Of a stretch of DNA of 64,000 bases, positions 1-14,982 are shown piece after piece; positions within the stretch are counted from its first letter, which is position 1, and each line of letters starts with the position of its first letter. The notes below the pieces were generated by a model. That model worked only from the letters and a program-made list of their open reading frames with translations, was not told the DNA's origin and ran no database searches. The DNA is from Octopus vulgaris (lineage: Eukaryota), in assembly GCA_951406725.2 (NCBI GenBank), contig OX597839.1, forward strand, positions 4,030,001 through 4,094,000, written 5' to 3'. The position numbers and the translations under genes were made by a program.

Positions 1-414
1 ATCTTAAGAAATTCTGCTGGAAAAAAAAGGGTACATTGGAATTATTAGTCAGTTACTTGTATAGGTTTTTTTTTTTTTTTGTTTGTTTCGTTCTTTTTTT
101 TTTGTTTCATTCTCTTTTTTTTTTTTTTTTAGTTTTTATGCATAAACTTTACCATTATGTTGTTGTTGTTGTTGTGCTCAATGCTTTGATATCTCTTTGG
201 TTTTTTTTGGGGGATTTTTTTTTTTTCATTCACAAAAACAAAAAAAAATATAGTCAATTCTGTCATTTTCAATTTGCCAGATTTATTTTTGCTCTAGTCA
301 AAACAAAACAACAAAACAAAACAAGGTAGACAATTATTATATCTGCCTTTATGTTTAATAATTATATCTTGCATGTCATGTCATGCTGTGTGTATGCGCT
401 TGTGTATATGTGTG

Positions 415-427
415 CACATATATACAA

Positions 428-479
<52 letters not shown>

Positions 480-577
480 GTCTATATATATATATATACA
501 CATATATATATATATATGTATATACACATATACATATATATATGTATATACACATATACATATATATATATGTATAT

Positions 578-620
<43 letters not shown>

Positions 621-629
621 TACATACAA

Positions 630-668
<39 letters not shown>

Positions 669-670
669 GT
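415..670. repeat. (TA)n-type microsatellite (similar tracts at ~1375-1595, ~50900-51255, ~52700-53010)
   Basis: Direct. Confidence 0.95.
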
Positions 671-1352
671 ATATATTGTACAACTGCGTGTGTGTGTATA
701 GTTCTTAATTGCTGCTGCGTCTGCTGCTGCAGTTGTCTTAGACATTATTATTATTATTTCTTTTTTTTTTCCGTGTTCTTAAAGTCTCTAAAATAAAATA
801 AACGGTCATTAATTAGCAATGCCAAAGCAAAAAAGAAAAAAAAGGACTTAAATATAAATAATAACTTAATAATTTATGTTGTGGAGACTTTTCTAGAAAC
901 ACACATTTTTTTCTGTTGTTTTCATTTTTGTTTGAATTTTTTTTTTTTTTTTGGTTATTTCAAAAATTTTGATTATTTCTGCTGTTAATGTAAAACAAGA
1001 CAAAACCAAAAAAAAAAAAAAAACTGTTATAAAAGAAACTCAATTTTCTCTATTTATTTTAATGTTGTCACTGATATTTTTATATCTTTTTCCAAATCTC
1101 TATTTAAAAAAAGAAAGAAAAAAAAATGGGCTTCAAAATGGGTCATTTTTTTTTTAGTTCTTTATTTTTTTTTTTTTTTGTTTCCTCCCCCTCTTTTTTT
1201 TTTTTTTTTTGCCATTCTTAGAATCTCTTATTTCAACCAAAGTATTAAAATTCTCTTTGACGTTTTATTTATTTGGCTGGAGTTACTTAACCAAACACTC
1301 AAATGTTTCTCTCTTGAATCTAACAAAGAAGATCTGCTTTCTACTCTCTCTC

Positions 1353-1424
<72 letters not shown>

Positions 1425-1475
1425 ATATATGTATATATATGTATGTGTATATATATGAATATATATGTATATATA

Positions 1476-1596
<121 letters not shown>

Positions 1597-3680
1597 CTAT
1601 TTTATTTAGCTGTCTGGTTATCTACCTACCCATTGATCGATCCATCCACCTACCTACCTACCTACCTTAATTGTAATTATTTTCTGTTGCTTTGACAACA
1701 ACCTGAAGCTCTTAACTTCTAACTCAAAGTGACAAGACTCTAGAAATTGTAAGATCAATCAACTCTTTCAGGCTTTGTTTCATTTTTGCTTTTTCCTAAT
1801 CAATCTCTCAGTACAAAGCTATCGCTATTAGACTATTAGGAGAAATTAGGATAAAAATCAGAATTTAATGTATTCTTGAAGAAACTCCGCCAAACAATGC
1901 CTCTACTGCTACTTATAATTCCTAACTATTTTCATGGCGATGTCACTGGATGGTTAACTTGATACATTCTCACTATCTTAAGCTGATTGTCATCATCAGA
2001 GTATAGTGTGGAGCTATGTGAAAGTCTTCCTGGACTGTCATCATCATCTACGTATGAAATCTATTTCAGTGTAAACGATCCTTGTGGAAGAGACTTTGAA
2101 GAGATTAACGATGCTACCCAAACTGTTAATTGTAATGGTTTAGCTCTTTGCCATTCAGATTACTCTGTTCAAATATGTTGCTTATTTATTCCTATTGCTT
2201 TCAATTAGTCATGCATTACCTCGTAGCTTTGAGATTTTAATGATGTGACTGCTTATTTTTAGAGCAACATTGTAGGGTAGGCGTGAGAGGCCGGATCTGG
2301 TTGGTTTGAACATAAGACAGATAGAATATTTGGACTAGATATGATCATTTTAACTGCTAAAGGCTTAAAGGAAAAGGATACATAGCTTAGTGTAATCCTA
2401 AGAAGTTGTCAAATGACTGGAGAGTCAAGGTTTAAAAATTGAGGCCGACAAATTGCGTTCTCTATGAAATGTAATGCTTATTGATTCACATTGTTTTGAG
2501 TTAATCATGCATTATCTCATAGTTTTAAGATTCCAATGATGTGGTTGTTTATTTTTAGAATGACATTGTAGAGTATGTATGGAGGCCAGATCTGGCCAGT
2601 TTGAGCATAAGACAGGTACAATATCCAGGGTGACTATGGCTGGTTTGAACATAAACCAGGTAGAATATATGGGCCGGATATGCCCAGTTTAAATGTGAAA
2701 GGGTTAAGAGTTAAGATCTCTATATCAAAGGTGAATGATTTTTTTTTTATTCAAATTTTTATCTGTAGAAGACTTTTTTGTTTTTGCCTCAAATTAACTT
2801 ACAGTGTGGTTTTTAAGTTGTTTTTTTTTTTATTATATCCTAAGTATTTTAAATGGTTATGGAGTTATTTAAGCTTTGAAACTAGCTACTGACCATAATT
2901 TACTTGAAGCTTTCCAACAATGAATTTTAATGACGAAAGTTCAAGTGAAAACAAGTTATTTTTGTATTGTAAGATATTCGAAAAACTAACTTAATATCAA
3001 AATATTTTAATGAAAACGTTTATCATCTGAATGCATTTCTTCCTTTATCATAATTATTTATGATTCAGGAAGTCAACACTGCTCAAACCCCAATACCAGC
3101 TTGGGTTTAAGTGTAATAACAATACCTTTACTGACAGAGTTTGCTGTTCTGTCAGTGAAGTTTAAACAGATATTGATCATTTGTTTGTTTTTGAAACAAT
3201 CATTAAATATACTCTATATTTTTAAACGTGGAAAATATTATTTTCTTACTTTAATCCTTAAATTATTGACATAGAATGGACAGACATCTATATGATTGGT
3301 GCTTAGACAGACAAACTGTAGTTACACATAACATTAAAATGCTCATTCTGGGATCAGAATTGGTGTAACCTTAGTCAGATGATAATCGACTGCGGTCCAG
3401 TATTGATCTATATGCTTACATCTAATACCATAATAAATACCAATTTCAGGTAGTATATTTTCATAAAGAATGGTGGCAATGCAATCTACAATAGCCTTTG
3501 GCTCATGTCAAAATATTTTAATTCAGGAAAATATTTTTATATGTTTTATAAAATTTCTCTACATGCAAGGCTGATAAATTTATATTCAAACAACCTTTTT
3601 TTTCCCCCCCAATTTTTATAGATTATCAAATCAGAACTTTTGTTTCTTGGGGTTTTTTTTTCTTTTTTTTTTTTAATTAA

Positions 3681-3902
3681 CCCTTTAGCATTCAGTTTAT
3701 TCTCTCAAATGTAATGCTTATATTTATTAACATTGTTTTGAATTAATTATGCTTTATATCATAGCTTTGAGATTTCGACGACGTGATTGCTTATTTTTAG
3801 AACAACATTGTAGGGAAAGAGTGAAAGGCCAGATCTAGCTGATTTGAGCATAAAACAAGTAGACTACATGGGCCGGATATGGCCAGCTGAAATGCTAAAG
3901 GG
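3681..3902. mobile_element. piggyBac-like MITE family 1 (degenerate copies ~2143-2364, ~2455-2703, ~5302-5525)
   Basis: TTAA|CCCTTTAGCATT...AATGCTAAAGGG|TTAA. Confidence 0.85.
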
Positions 3903-6900
3903 TTAAACTTTTAGTGATAAAATTTCATTCTTTAATTAAATTTTAAATAGTTAACTAAAATAGGATTGGCTTCACTAATAAAACTAATCAAATACAACTG
4001 CTTTGGATAATTAACCTTTTACTATTATTTAGTAACGGACTTAGGAAGGTGAATGAGAGAAATGAGTACGGTCATACAATGTATGTCATTCTCTCATTAG
4101 CTACCTTCGTTACATCATTTCATTATTCATCTGTAGAGAAAAATTGCATTGATATACTTTAAATAAATTTCAAATAGCCAGACTCGTTAGATGTAGTGAA
4201 AAAATTTGTAGGAACACAAATCTATTAATAACAAACCTTTAATGTTTATCATAGGGGACACTTTACCTTCTGTGTTTCTTTGTGTCTCTCTCTCCTGTTT
4301 TTAGTGAATCTCTTTGCTAGACCCTTCTCTCTTCATGTAAGAAAGCAGACTTTCTGAAATAGATATGAAAATATTTTCACATACACACACACACACACAC
4401 ACACGAATTAAATATAAAGTTTTGGTTTCATTTATTTTCACCCTGTTGAAGATCCTATGCTCTGCTGTTGAGCCAAATGTTTTGTTAATTTCAGCTGTCT
4501 ACCTCTTTCTGAAAGATCAATTAATCTTGTCAAATACCTTGTCATTAGTGCTACCAATGAGAGCCACCAAAAGGGAAAACATTTTTCTTCTCTTCTTCAT
4601 TTTTGGATTAAAAAAAAAAAAAAATTGCGGGAGTGTATAATTTTTTTTCTTTTTCTTTTCTTTTTTCCTCCTTTTACAAATTTTTTTTGCAACATTTTCA
4701 CAGCAGTCATTTGTTTTTGATGCACTTTGTTGTAACACAAGACACAAACTAATCTAATAATACCATTTATAGATTACCAAATAAACCTTTTACTCTTATC
4801 GTTAGATGAATGCGCAGGGAAATTCTACAAATTCTTCAATATTATTCTTGAAAAACAAAACAAAACTAAAACAAAAAAAAAGAAAGAAAACCACAAATGA
4901 GAAAGAAAACAGTTCTATTCAGAAATTATTGCTTCCTATTGGATTTCTTGGTTACAAATTATCTCAATCAGATCGTTTCATTGATCTATATTATAAGTTT
5001 GACTATTTCATCGATAGTCACACACCATTTTTCTATTTGTCTGTGAGACCACATTATTTATTAGACAAAGAGAAATTACTCTACTTATATATGTACTGGT
5101 GTCTTCTATCAGTGTACAGTTGTAATAAGATGTTATTTTCAGTCAAAAGTCTAATTCTAGAACAATCAAATTTACAGTTACACTTTATATTATCCTCAAA
5201 CTGAAATGGTAAAACTAATGAATAAAGGAGTGATTTGAACATGTGACTTTTGGATCAGCAGTTTGTCATGATATCTGCTTCTCTCAGAGATGTGAATTTA
5301 ACGCTTTAGCATTTAGATTACTCTTAAATCTAATGCATATTCATTTACATTGTTTTGAATTAATTGTGCATTATCTCGTTGCTTCGAGACTTCAGTGATG
5401 TGATTGTTTATTTTTAGAATGACTTTGTAAGATAGGTATGAGAGGTCTGATCTGGTCGATTTGAACATAATAAAAAAAAAGGTAGAATATTTACGCCTGC
5501 AAGAGCCAGTTTAAATGCTAAAGGGTGAAACACCAATTTAATCAACTATATTTCAAATGGACAGTTTTAAAAATCATCTTTACCTGTAAGTATAGGAGTT
5601 CTATTAACTATTTCTATATTTCGCTAAATTCACCTCAGCAGTATTTATATACAAAAAACAATATACATCAGTTGACAATTCTCAGCTCCAGATTTCCATT
5701 TTTTCTCACCTCAAGGCAGTGCTCTAGCATGGCCGGCCACAGTCTAATGACTGAAACAAGTAAAAAAGATAAACGATAATTACTGATAAGAACTAAATTG
5801 TTAGTTATTAATCAGTCATTTCTCTTGTTATCACATTTGTTCAAACAAAAAGTCTTTATTCAGTACCTGACCCTGACCACAACAACACATTCCTTGACAA
5901 CTCAGCTACAAGAGTTGAAAATAAATCTTCGAGTTAAATAAGTCTGATGTAGTTCTTTCAAATTTAAGATTTCAACTTCTATTTTTAACACTAACCTTCT
6001 AGAAAACTTGGGCTATTATATATGTAACTGTAAAATGAGGGAAATCATTCCAATAAGTGTATGTGTGTGTGTGTATATATATATACATATATATATCATC
6101 ATTATCGTTTAACGTCCGTTTTCCATGCTAGCATGGGTTGGACAGTTCAACGGGGGTCTGGGAAGACAGAAGGCTGCACCAGGCTCCAGTCTGATCTGGC
6201 AGTGTTTCTACAGCTGGATGCCCTTCCTAACGCCAACCACTCCGTGAGTGTAGTGGGTGCTTTTCACATGCCACCGGCACGGAAGGCAGTCAAGGCGGCG
6301 CTGGCATCAGCCACGTTTGGATGGTGATTTTTACGTGCCACCGGCATAGATATTACAACTACAATATCCATTTGATTTTTAATGTTGATGTACTATATAT
6401 ATATTACCTATGAGAAGTGTTTCAGGATTGGTGAGTGGTGGGGCAGGTTTATTATTTACTAGAAGTGTAAAGAGAGAGTATATTCTATAAATTGTATCAT
6501 TTTTATCTATTCACATCATCCCTTCCCATAAGATTTTTTCTTTCTCTCCGGTATTATTTTACTCTATTTTTGTTTTCGTTTTGGTCATTCTTAATTTTGC
6601 TCTATCAAAAACTTTCAATTCCTTGTGGCATTTCTGTACAGCACTAAAAAAAAAACACAAAAAAAAAAAAGGTTTATATGAATGGGATTTACCTCAGATT
6701 GCCAAAAGCAATGAAAAAAGCTTCATTTTTGTACTCATTGCTTCATTAAACCCCCACCCCTTCCACCCCCACCCCTTTACTCTTTGTGTCATTGATATGT
6801 TTTTGTTGACAGTAAAACTTGTGACCAGATTAGATCAAGTGTTTTCATTAGCCTCTTCCCGACCCTTTACTTACTGGGCGGAACAATTTTTCAGTTGCTT

Positions 6901-9082
6901 CTCTCTTTTAGAGTGATGTTTGAAGCATTAGTGGATCACAAGCACGCAGAGTCTGGCTGGGAAAAATATCCTAAAAATACAAATTTATTCAACTATTTCC
7001 ATTACTGCTGCTCATTTTGAAGGCATGTTTCTTTTAATAATTCTGTTATTCTGTCTGTTCTCAGATTATTCTGTATCACTTTGGTCAATTTGTCCAACTG
7101 CTTCAGCTATTACAAACTGATATATATGTGTATATACATATATATACACATATATATTATTAATATATTAATTATTATTCTATGCTGTCCTTGACATTTC
7201 TGAATCAGAAATCATGAAACAATAAATGACTACCTTGGGAATGGTATTGTTAATGAAACCCCTATAAATATAATTAGAATATATTTTTAAAATATTTTCA
7301 GTTATTTCTTTAAAAACCAAAAAAACCCCATTCAATCAATATGACAATCAACTGTGACATTTTCCACAGTTAATAAATTGCTAAATCTTTAAAAAAAAAA
7401 TGATAAAAAATAACCATTTCACAGTTTAAAACTAGAGGAAGTGTGTGTCAACTCTAGTTTGATCCCATTCCATGCGTGTCATTAACTTATAGAGGCCTTT
7501 ACTGGCAGGGAAGTTTTTACTTTTTTTTTTTTTTTTTTTTAATTTCAATTTCTCAAAACGGGTGGTAAAAAAAAAAAAAAAAAAACAGTGTTCATGTCTA
7601 CTATTTTGCAATTTTTTTCTCTTTCTCTCTTCTTTTTTTTTTTTTTTTTCTTCCCCTCCTTCTCTTGATTGCAAGATTTTAATTTTGAAAACAATAACTG
7701 CTCTCTTTCTCCCATTCCGTACTCTGAAAGACCGATTCCACATTGCTTCCATTTAACAAGAAAAGAAGAAAAAAATAATAATAATAAAAAAAAAAACCCA
7801 TTCCTCCATCATTTTTCAAAATTACATGGCAAAATATGTTCTCATTTATTAACCCTTACTAACTGGTAATTATATTATTGATTTTTTTAATTTTTTTCCT
7901 TTTTATTTTTTATTTTCATTTCTGAGCAATGTTATTATATAAATTCGTATCTGTGTATATTTTTATATAATGCTTCTTAAAATTGGATTTCAAAAACTTT
8001 TGTATAATAATAAGGTAAATATTCTTTGGAAAAGAAAAAAAAACTGATCTCATTTGTTACTAATTTTGTCCCCCCTCCCCTTTCATTTCTTGTTCTGAAG
8101 CTGGGAATAATAATTTTTTCAATTAATTTCTTTTTTTTTTTTTTCTGTTGTCTCCTTTTTAATAATACATTATGATTATTAGGAAACCTTTGAGAAAGAT
8201 ATTCAAATCATTTGAAACAGTTTTCCTTATGTTTCATCTGATTGGGTTTCTTTTTTTTTTTTTTTTTCTTAAATAGGTGGAGGAAGTGGTATCCCCCCTT
8301 TTTTTTTTTTTTTTTTTTTTTTTTCCCCCTCAATCAACCAATGTTTAAACCTGAATGGAATATTGAACTAAGAGAAAATTCAGCAGAGAATTTTCAATGA
8401 TTTCAGTCAAGTTATAAGTATTTCGCATCTGTGTTTGTTTTCATTGAAATATTTTTTCTATTCTGTGAGTATTAATTTGATATTGTTGGTTAAGTGAGCT
8501 GACCTTGTTGTCTAATGGAAACACTGTTCTATGACTCTGTCTATAGTTCCAAGCTAGTCTCCACTAGCTGCCTAGATTTTTGTCAGTGTTCTTGTGCAAC
8601 TTATGATGTGCCACATGTGTAACTACTGTTCTACCCATCTAAGTATATTGTAAATGTTGTGTGCTGTGCCTGGCTGTATGTATGTCTGCGTGTGTTTGTG
8701 TGCATGTATGCGCGCGTGTACGAATGTATATTTTGGAACACTGCTGTCTGTCAAGCAGAGTGAAGTAATCAACATAGTACTGCTCTAGACATTATCCCTA
8801 ACTAAGCAGTATCTGGTTTGATCACAAGCTCATGTATGAGTAGCATACAACACTTTGTAGCATTATTTATATGGTAGGTCAAATGGACCAAAATACACAG
8901 AAGCAGGATCACTTATTAGGTCCCACTTTATATTGAACTGCTGGAATAATGCCAAAGATAAAATATGTTGAAGATTATCTGTGTTCTTATTGTTTGATTA
9001 TTTACCCTTTGTGTTACCATATTTCATCGCTTGAACTATACTGTTTTTCTTTCAGTGAATTTTTTTTTAAAAATGAAGAATA

Positions 9083-9473
9083 GGCGCAGGAGTGGCTATG
9101 TGGTAAGTAGCTTGTTTACCAACCACATGGTTCCGGGTTCAGTCCCACTGCACGGCACCCTGGGCAAGTGTCTTCTACTATAGCCTCGGGCTGACCAAAG
9201 CCTTGTGAGTGGATTTGGTAGACAGAAACTGAAAGAAGCCTGTCATATGCGTGTGTGTGTTTGTGTGTCTGTGTTTGTCGCCCTAGCATTGCTTGACAAC
9301 CGATGCTGGTGTGTTCATGTCCCCGTTACTTAGCGGTTCGGCAAAAGAGGCCGATAAAATAAGTACTGGGCTTACAAAAAGAATAAGTCCCGGGTCGAGT
9401 TGCTCGATTAAAGGCGGTGCTCCAGCATGGCTGCAGTCAAATGACTGAAACAAGTAAAAGAGAGAGTAAAGAG
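9083..9473 (+). mobile_element. tRNA-derived SINE family A
   Basis: A box TGGCTATGTGG, B box GGTTCAGTCCC, CORE-like CCTGGGCAAGT, central microsatellite, GTAAAAGA tail. Confidence 0.85.
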
Positions 9474-10053
9474 TAATACAGTGATATAACTGCATCATTG
9501 TTAGGCTGTTGTTAAAGGCAGCAAGCTGGCAGGATTGTTGGCACACCGGGAAAAATGCTTGGCAGTATTTTGTCCATCTTTACATTCTGAGTTCAAACTT
9601 CACTGAGGTCAACTTTACCTTTCATCCTTTCGGGGTCAATGAAATATGTACCAGTGGAACATTGGGATTGATGTAATCGACTAGACCCCACCTACCACCC
9701 CCAGAATTTCAGGCCTTGTACCTATAGTAGAAAGAATTATTAAGCTGTTAAAGGCAGTAAGCTGGTTGAATTATTAGCATGCCAGACAAAATTCTTAGCC
9801 ATATTTCTTCTGAGTTCAAACGCTGCTGAAGTCAGCTTTGACTTGCATCATTTCAGAGCCAATGAAATAAGTACCAGTTAGCAACCAGGGGTCAATGTAA
9901 ATAGCTTAAAAGTTTCAGGCCTTGTGTCTATAGTAAGGAAGAAAGAAAATAATTATTATTAAAAGAATATGGCAGAATCATTATCTAACTGGGCAAAATG
10001 TTAAGCGGTATTTTTTTCTGAGTTCAAACATCACTGAAGTCAACTCTGCCTTT

Positions 10054-10530
10054 TATCCTCAAAGGCATACATCATCTCGAAAGAGTCTAGAAGCTGGCTA
10101 CCAGCATGGTTCTTGGTCTCAAGCATTTGTCCTCTGAAGACACTCGACCTTTATTCTCTAGGAAAACAACGATGCTGTGGTGATCTCATTCTCGCTCACA
10201 ACATCATAAGCAGAAAGTATAACGTCTCGAATGAGCTGTTCTTCATTCCTGCTCCAGAGCGTGGGCTGCGGGGTCACTCTGAAAAGCTCTATCTGCGACG
10301 ATTTCATCTTAATCGAAGGAGAGGGGCTTTCTCCGTCCGGGTTGCAGATCCATGGAATAAGCTGCCAGACGAGATAGTGAAGATGCCGATGACCACTCGG
10401 TTCAAAGTCTCTCTTGACCAGAAATGGCCTGAACTCTTTGCATGAACACCCTCCCTGTACATAACTCCATGTTCCCCCTACATGGCCTTGCTTTTTGCTT
10501 TTTGAGCCAAAAAATTAACTTAACCTAACT
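10054..10530 (+). mobile_element. CR1/L2-clade LINE 3' fragment
   Basis: LDLYSL..R..GDLI..RGHSEKL..FSVRVADPWNKLP; short-repeat tail. Confidence 0.85.
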
Positions 10531-10935
10531 TAGCTATTACCCTCCCCCAAAATTTCAGGCCTTGTGCCTATAGAATAAAGGATTATTAATCTGTTGTTCA
10601 GAACATAACATGAAATTCTAATGGTGATCTGTATCATAGAAGCAAGGACAGTCTCAGGTAGGTTGGTATCAATCCCTGCTGCCCTTGTATTTCCTTGTAA
10701 TTTAGACCAGTGGTTCTCAACTAGGGTTAGTATGACCCTTGGTGGTGTCATAGGATTTTTGGGGTCCGTGCAAGTAAAATAGTAAATTGGGGGCCCTCAG
10801 TAGTAGATGACCGAGACCTCTGGCGATATGCTATGCTTGAGAAGTCCTTTCGAGCCAAGTGAGATCGTAGTTGTGACCGATGCTGGTGTCACATAACTGG
10901 CACTCATGCTAGTGGCATGTAAAAAGCACCCACTA

Positions 10936-11068
10936 CAGTGGTTCCCAACCTTTCCACTACTAAGGACCCCTTTTATTTAAATGAGCTTTCCCGTGGACCC
11001 CAGGATATTGAAAGGTCTGATTGCTTAACATGTTCACGGACACTCATTACTAACTTTGCGGATCACTG
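10936..11068. mobile_element. Small hAT-type MITE nested in an RTE-derived repeat
   Basis: CAGTGGTTCCCAA...GGATCACTG; CACTA duplicated on both sides. Confidence 0.65.
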
Positions 11069-11269
11069 CACTACACTCTTGGAATGGTTGGCATTAGGAA
11101 GGGCATCTAGCCATAGCAACCTTGCCGAATCAGACTGGACCCAGGTGCAGCTCCCCGGTTTACCAGTTCTGTCAAACTGTTGCCAGCATGGAAAACGGAC
11201 ATTAAATGATGATGATGATGTATTAATTGCAAGAAACAGCAGAATTTCTTTCTTTAATGTTTTACATTC

Positions 11270-11572
11270 TATTTATTTATGCGCCCTTTTCAAGCTCAGC
11301 ATGGCTCATGGGCCCGGTTTCCCAGTTTCTGTGGCTTATGTGTTCCTCCCAGCTGGACAGGATGCCAGTCCATCGCAGCATTACTCAAGAAACAGGAAGA
11401 AAAAGTGAGAGAAAGTTGGGGTGAAAGAGTACAACAGGGGTCGCCACCACCCCCTGCCAGAGCCTCATGGAGCTGTAGATGTTTTCGCTCAATAAACACA
11501 CACAACGCCCAGTCTGGGAATCGAAACTGCGAGTCCGCTGCTGCCCTAACCACTGGGCCATTGCGCCTCCAA
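11270..11572 (-). mobile_element. tRNA-derived SINE family E (related copy ~35480-35770)
   Basis: Minus strand GGCGCAATGGCCCAGTGGTTAGGGC..GTTTCGATTCCCAG. Confidence 0.7.
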
Positions 11573-12635
11573 TGTTTTACATAGTTCAAACTATAAAAGT
11601 GAAAGTGTTAAAAACAAAATCATAATTGTGACAAAAGTAATCTATAAAACTAGATTCAGTCTTCAAGAAGCAACAGGGGTCCATCAATGTAAAATTGTAA
11701 TCAAAGGGGTCCATAGGTAAAAACAGCTGAGAACCACTGATTTAGACAAACCACAATATGAGAAATCCTCCTCACATTCCATAACTCATTTGGTTTTAGT
11801 CTGAGAGATACTTTGATGCTAGCTTCTACTTGGAATCCACTCTATTATACTTGAACTATCTTCTCTTCTATAAAATATCTCTAGGCATTAGTATAACTTG
11901 TAATATTTTCACATTAATTGATTAAACATTTACATTGCCAAGAGCACCATCCAAGCATGATCGTTGCCAGAGCAGCCAACTGGCTTCCATACCCGTGGCA
12001 CGTAAAAGGGCATCATTCGAGCGTGATCATTACCAACATTGCTTCACTGGCACGTGTAAAAAGATTCGAGCGAGGTCATTGCCAGTACCACCTGACTGGC
12101 CCACGTGCCGGTGGCACATAAAAAGCACCCACTACACTTTCGGAGTGGTTGGCATTAGGAAGAGCATCCAGCTGTAGAAACTCTGCCAGATCAAGATTGG
12201 AGCCTGGTGCAGCCATCTGGTTCGCCAGCCCTCAGTCAAAATCATCCAACCCATGCTAGCATGGAAAGCGGACATTAAACAATGATGATGATGATTGGCT
12301 ATGAAAGGATCCATAAATGGAACCCATTAATTTTTCATCCTTAATTTTTACTGCTGTATTTTTGGGTATACAAATCAAAATTTTCGGGTCAAAATTTACA
12401 GCCAAAAAAAGTAAGGTCAACATCTACACCGAGACAACTTTGGAGGACCAAAAATTACATGTGAAATGCAGCAAGATTTGCAAAGATAGTGATGCTGTTT
12501 GAATGTCAACACTATTTGCTATGTTGACTCGTATGTTGGAGAAAATGGTAAATGCTAAGTTGTAAATAATTTGTGTTGAAATAAGACTGGGACTTTAGGA
12601 TGATTCCTGGATAAAGATCATCTTTGTTGTCATTT

Positions 12636-13050
12636 ATAATAATAATGAAATTATTATATACAGTGCTCAGGTGCCCCACAACTTGTCAGAGTATATGCAG
12701 TAATGTACAAATGTCTGGAAAGTGAACAATGCATGAGTCAGATACATGCTTGTGTGTGTGTACGGAGGGGAGAAAATGAGGTGTAGTGTTGGCGAATCTC
12801 AGAAAGTATGGAAGTTTTGAAGGATGCAGTGCTCCGACAACTAACAACTGATGCCGGCAGTTTGTTCCATGCTTCAGCAACTCTCAGCGTGAAAAAATGT
12901 TTCCTGAAGTCATGGGAGCTGTGCTGTTTTCTGACTTTGTAAATATGTCCACGGGTGTTAGATGGGTGGAGTTTAAAAAGGTGCTCAGAGTTATTGTTTG
13001 TACGATGGTTGATAATTTTATGGGTGTCTGCCAAGTCAGCTGCCAGTAAT
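12636..13050 (-). mobile_element. CR1-like LINE 3' fragment, second family
   Basis: NTRGHIYKVRKQ..RKHFFTLRVAEAWNKLP; (ATT)n tail. Confidence 0.8.
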
Positions 13051-13189
13051 CTCTCTTGTGGTAATCTCTCTTAAAACAGTAATCTCTCTTGTGGTTAATC
13101 AAATTGATCACCAAGCTGAAATTTCTTGTAGTTGGTCAGATTGACCACTAAGCTACAGTCTCTTATGGTTGGTCAGATACCTGCTCTGG

Positions 13190-13480
13190 GGCCTATGCCG
13201 AGTTGCAGAAAGTGTATGAGCTGCACACAAGTGTACATTTCCAAGGTGGCCGAAGAAATGTCCATATCGACAAACATTCTAGGAGACCCACAACCAGCAG
13301 AACTGAGAAAATCATCGAATTACTATCCGTGAGTTATCAGAGGATGTGCAGTTTAGTTAAGGTTCAGTTAAGTCCATTAGCACTGAAGATTTGGATATGA
13401 AATGCCTGTCTGCCAAGTTGGTGCCAAAACTGTTTTCAGCTGACCAAAAAGACATTCGGGTTGAACTGTGTAAGAGGTTT
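13190..13480 (+). mobile_element. Mariner transposase relic (HTH region)
   Basis: Degenerate peptides VYE..FQGGRR....SRRPTTSRTE and EDLDMKCLSAKLVPK. Confidence 0.65.
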
Positions 13481-13671
13481 ATTGCCTCAAGTATTAAACT
13501 TAAAAAGAACAATGTTTTCAGGTAAACAGCAATTGGCAGGCGTTGCTTGTTGCCCTCATTTTTCACCATTTCATATCATTATGTGTGTGTCCAGCCCACA
13601 GCTTCCTTTCTTTGAAAGGCCCTTATGGCCAATTAAATGAATAAAAAAAGATATTCAGGTTTCCGTTGCAT

Positions 13672-13910
13672 CATCATCATTGTTCGACCGTGGTCGAGAC
13701 AATGGAATTTACCATGCTACGCCAGACTTCACGGTCCATCATGGCATTACGGAGGTCCTGTTGCTGGATGCCTGTAGCCCTGGAGATTACATCAGGGTAG
13801 GAGAGTGTGCATCCTCTGGTATTGTGAGTAGATGGCTTCCAGAGGAAAAGAGTAGAAATTACCTCTTTTTCAGCTTCCGTTGCACAAGATCTCCATGATT
13901 GTGTTGAGAA
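13672..13910 (-). mobile_element. RTE-like LINE 3' end
   Basis: DLRNAMMDREVWRSMV; (GAT)n tail. Confidence 0.65.
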
Positions 13911-13914
13911 CAAT

Positions 13915-14200
13915 GAAAACTTTTCGAAAACTTTGTGTCAGCCTCTAAGCAGGTGTCACCAAGCTTTAAGCAAAATTTGATGCAAATTCTCTGCTTAACT
14001 TCCTCTGTCATGGTCAATGCGATGATCACACGCTACGCACTTTCCTTCCAAGCACTGCTGTAAGCAGCGGAAGTGAACTGGAATGTTAAATTGAGTGCAC
14101 ATTCACAGCAGAGCTCAAAGTCAGTCTGTGCCAAGCAGCTTCACCCTGCGTGCTGTAGCTTCGTTATTATGGCAACAGTCCGGATACTTACTGATCAGAC
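13915..14200 (-). mobile_element. Mariner 5' end relic
   Basis: Minus strand MTEEVKQRICIKFCLKLGDTC, a typical mariner N-terminus; TIR-like end near 14200. Confidence 0.65.
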
Positions 14201-14350
14201 TATGTATAATACTTATATCTTCACACTGCTTTTAATTATTCATGGTGGTGCATATGGCGGCTGTGTGGAATTTGGAAAATGTTTGTTAAATAATGATGAT
14301 GACGATTATGACAAAAGGAAGAGAAGGGAATGTTGAGATATTAGTGGTAT

Positions 14351-14494
14351 AGGTGTAGGAGTGGCTTACCAACCACATGGTTCTGGGTTCAGTCCCACTG
14401 TGTGACACCTTGGGCAAGTGTCTTCTACTATAGCCTCGGGCCAACCAAAGCCTTGTGAGTAGATTTGGTAGACGGAAACTGAAAGAAGCCCGTC

Positions 14495-14540
<46 letters not shown>

Positions 14541-14745
14541 ATGTTTGTGTGTCTGTATTTGTCCTCCCAACATTGCTTGACAACCGATGCTGGTGTGTTT
14601 ACGTCCCCGTCACTTAGCAGTTCGACAAGAGAGACCAATAGAATAAGTACTAGGCTTACAAAGAATAAGTCCTGGGGTTGATTTTCTCGACTAAAGGCAG
14701 TGCTCCAGCATAGCCACAGTCAAATGACTGAAACAAATAAAAGAT
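14351..14745 (+). mobile_element. SINE family A
   Basis: Homologous to 9083 copy. Confidence 0.8.
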
Positions 14746-14982
14746 AAAAGATGGTACTCCATCGGTTATGACGATGAAGGTTCTAGTTGATCCAATCAGT
14801 GGTCCAATGAGCCTGCTCATGAAATTAACGTGCAAGTGGTTGAGTACTCCACAGACACATGTACCCTTAGCATAGTTCTCAGGGAGATTCAGCATGACAC
14901 AGAATGTGACAAGGCCGGCCCCTTTGAAATACAGACACTACTCACTTTTGCCAGTTGGATGGACTAGAGTAACAAGAAATAA

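Larger units (their letters stand above)
10708..11739. mobile_element. hAT (Buster/Charlie-type) MITE with nested insertions
   Basis: TIR CAGTGGTTCTCA; perfect 8-bp TSD ATTTAGAC at 10700-10707 and 11740-11747. Confidence 0.88.
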
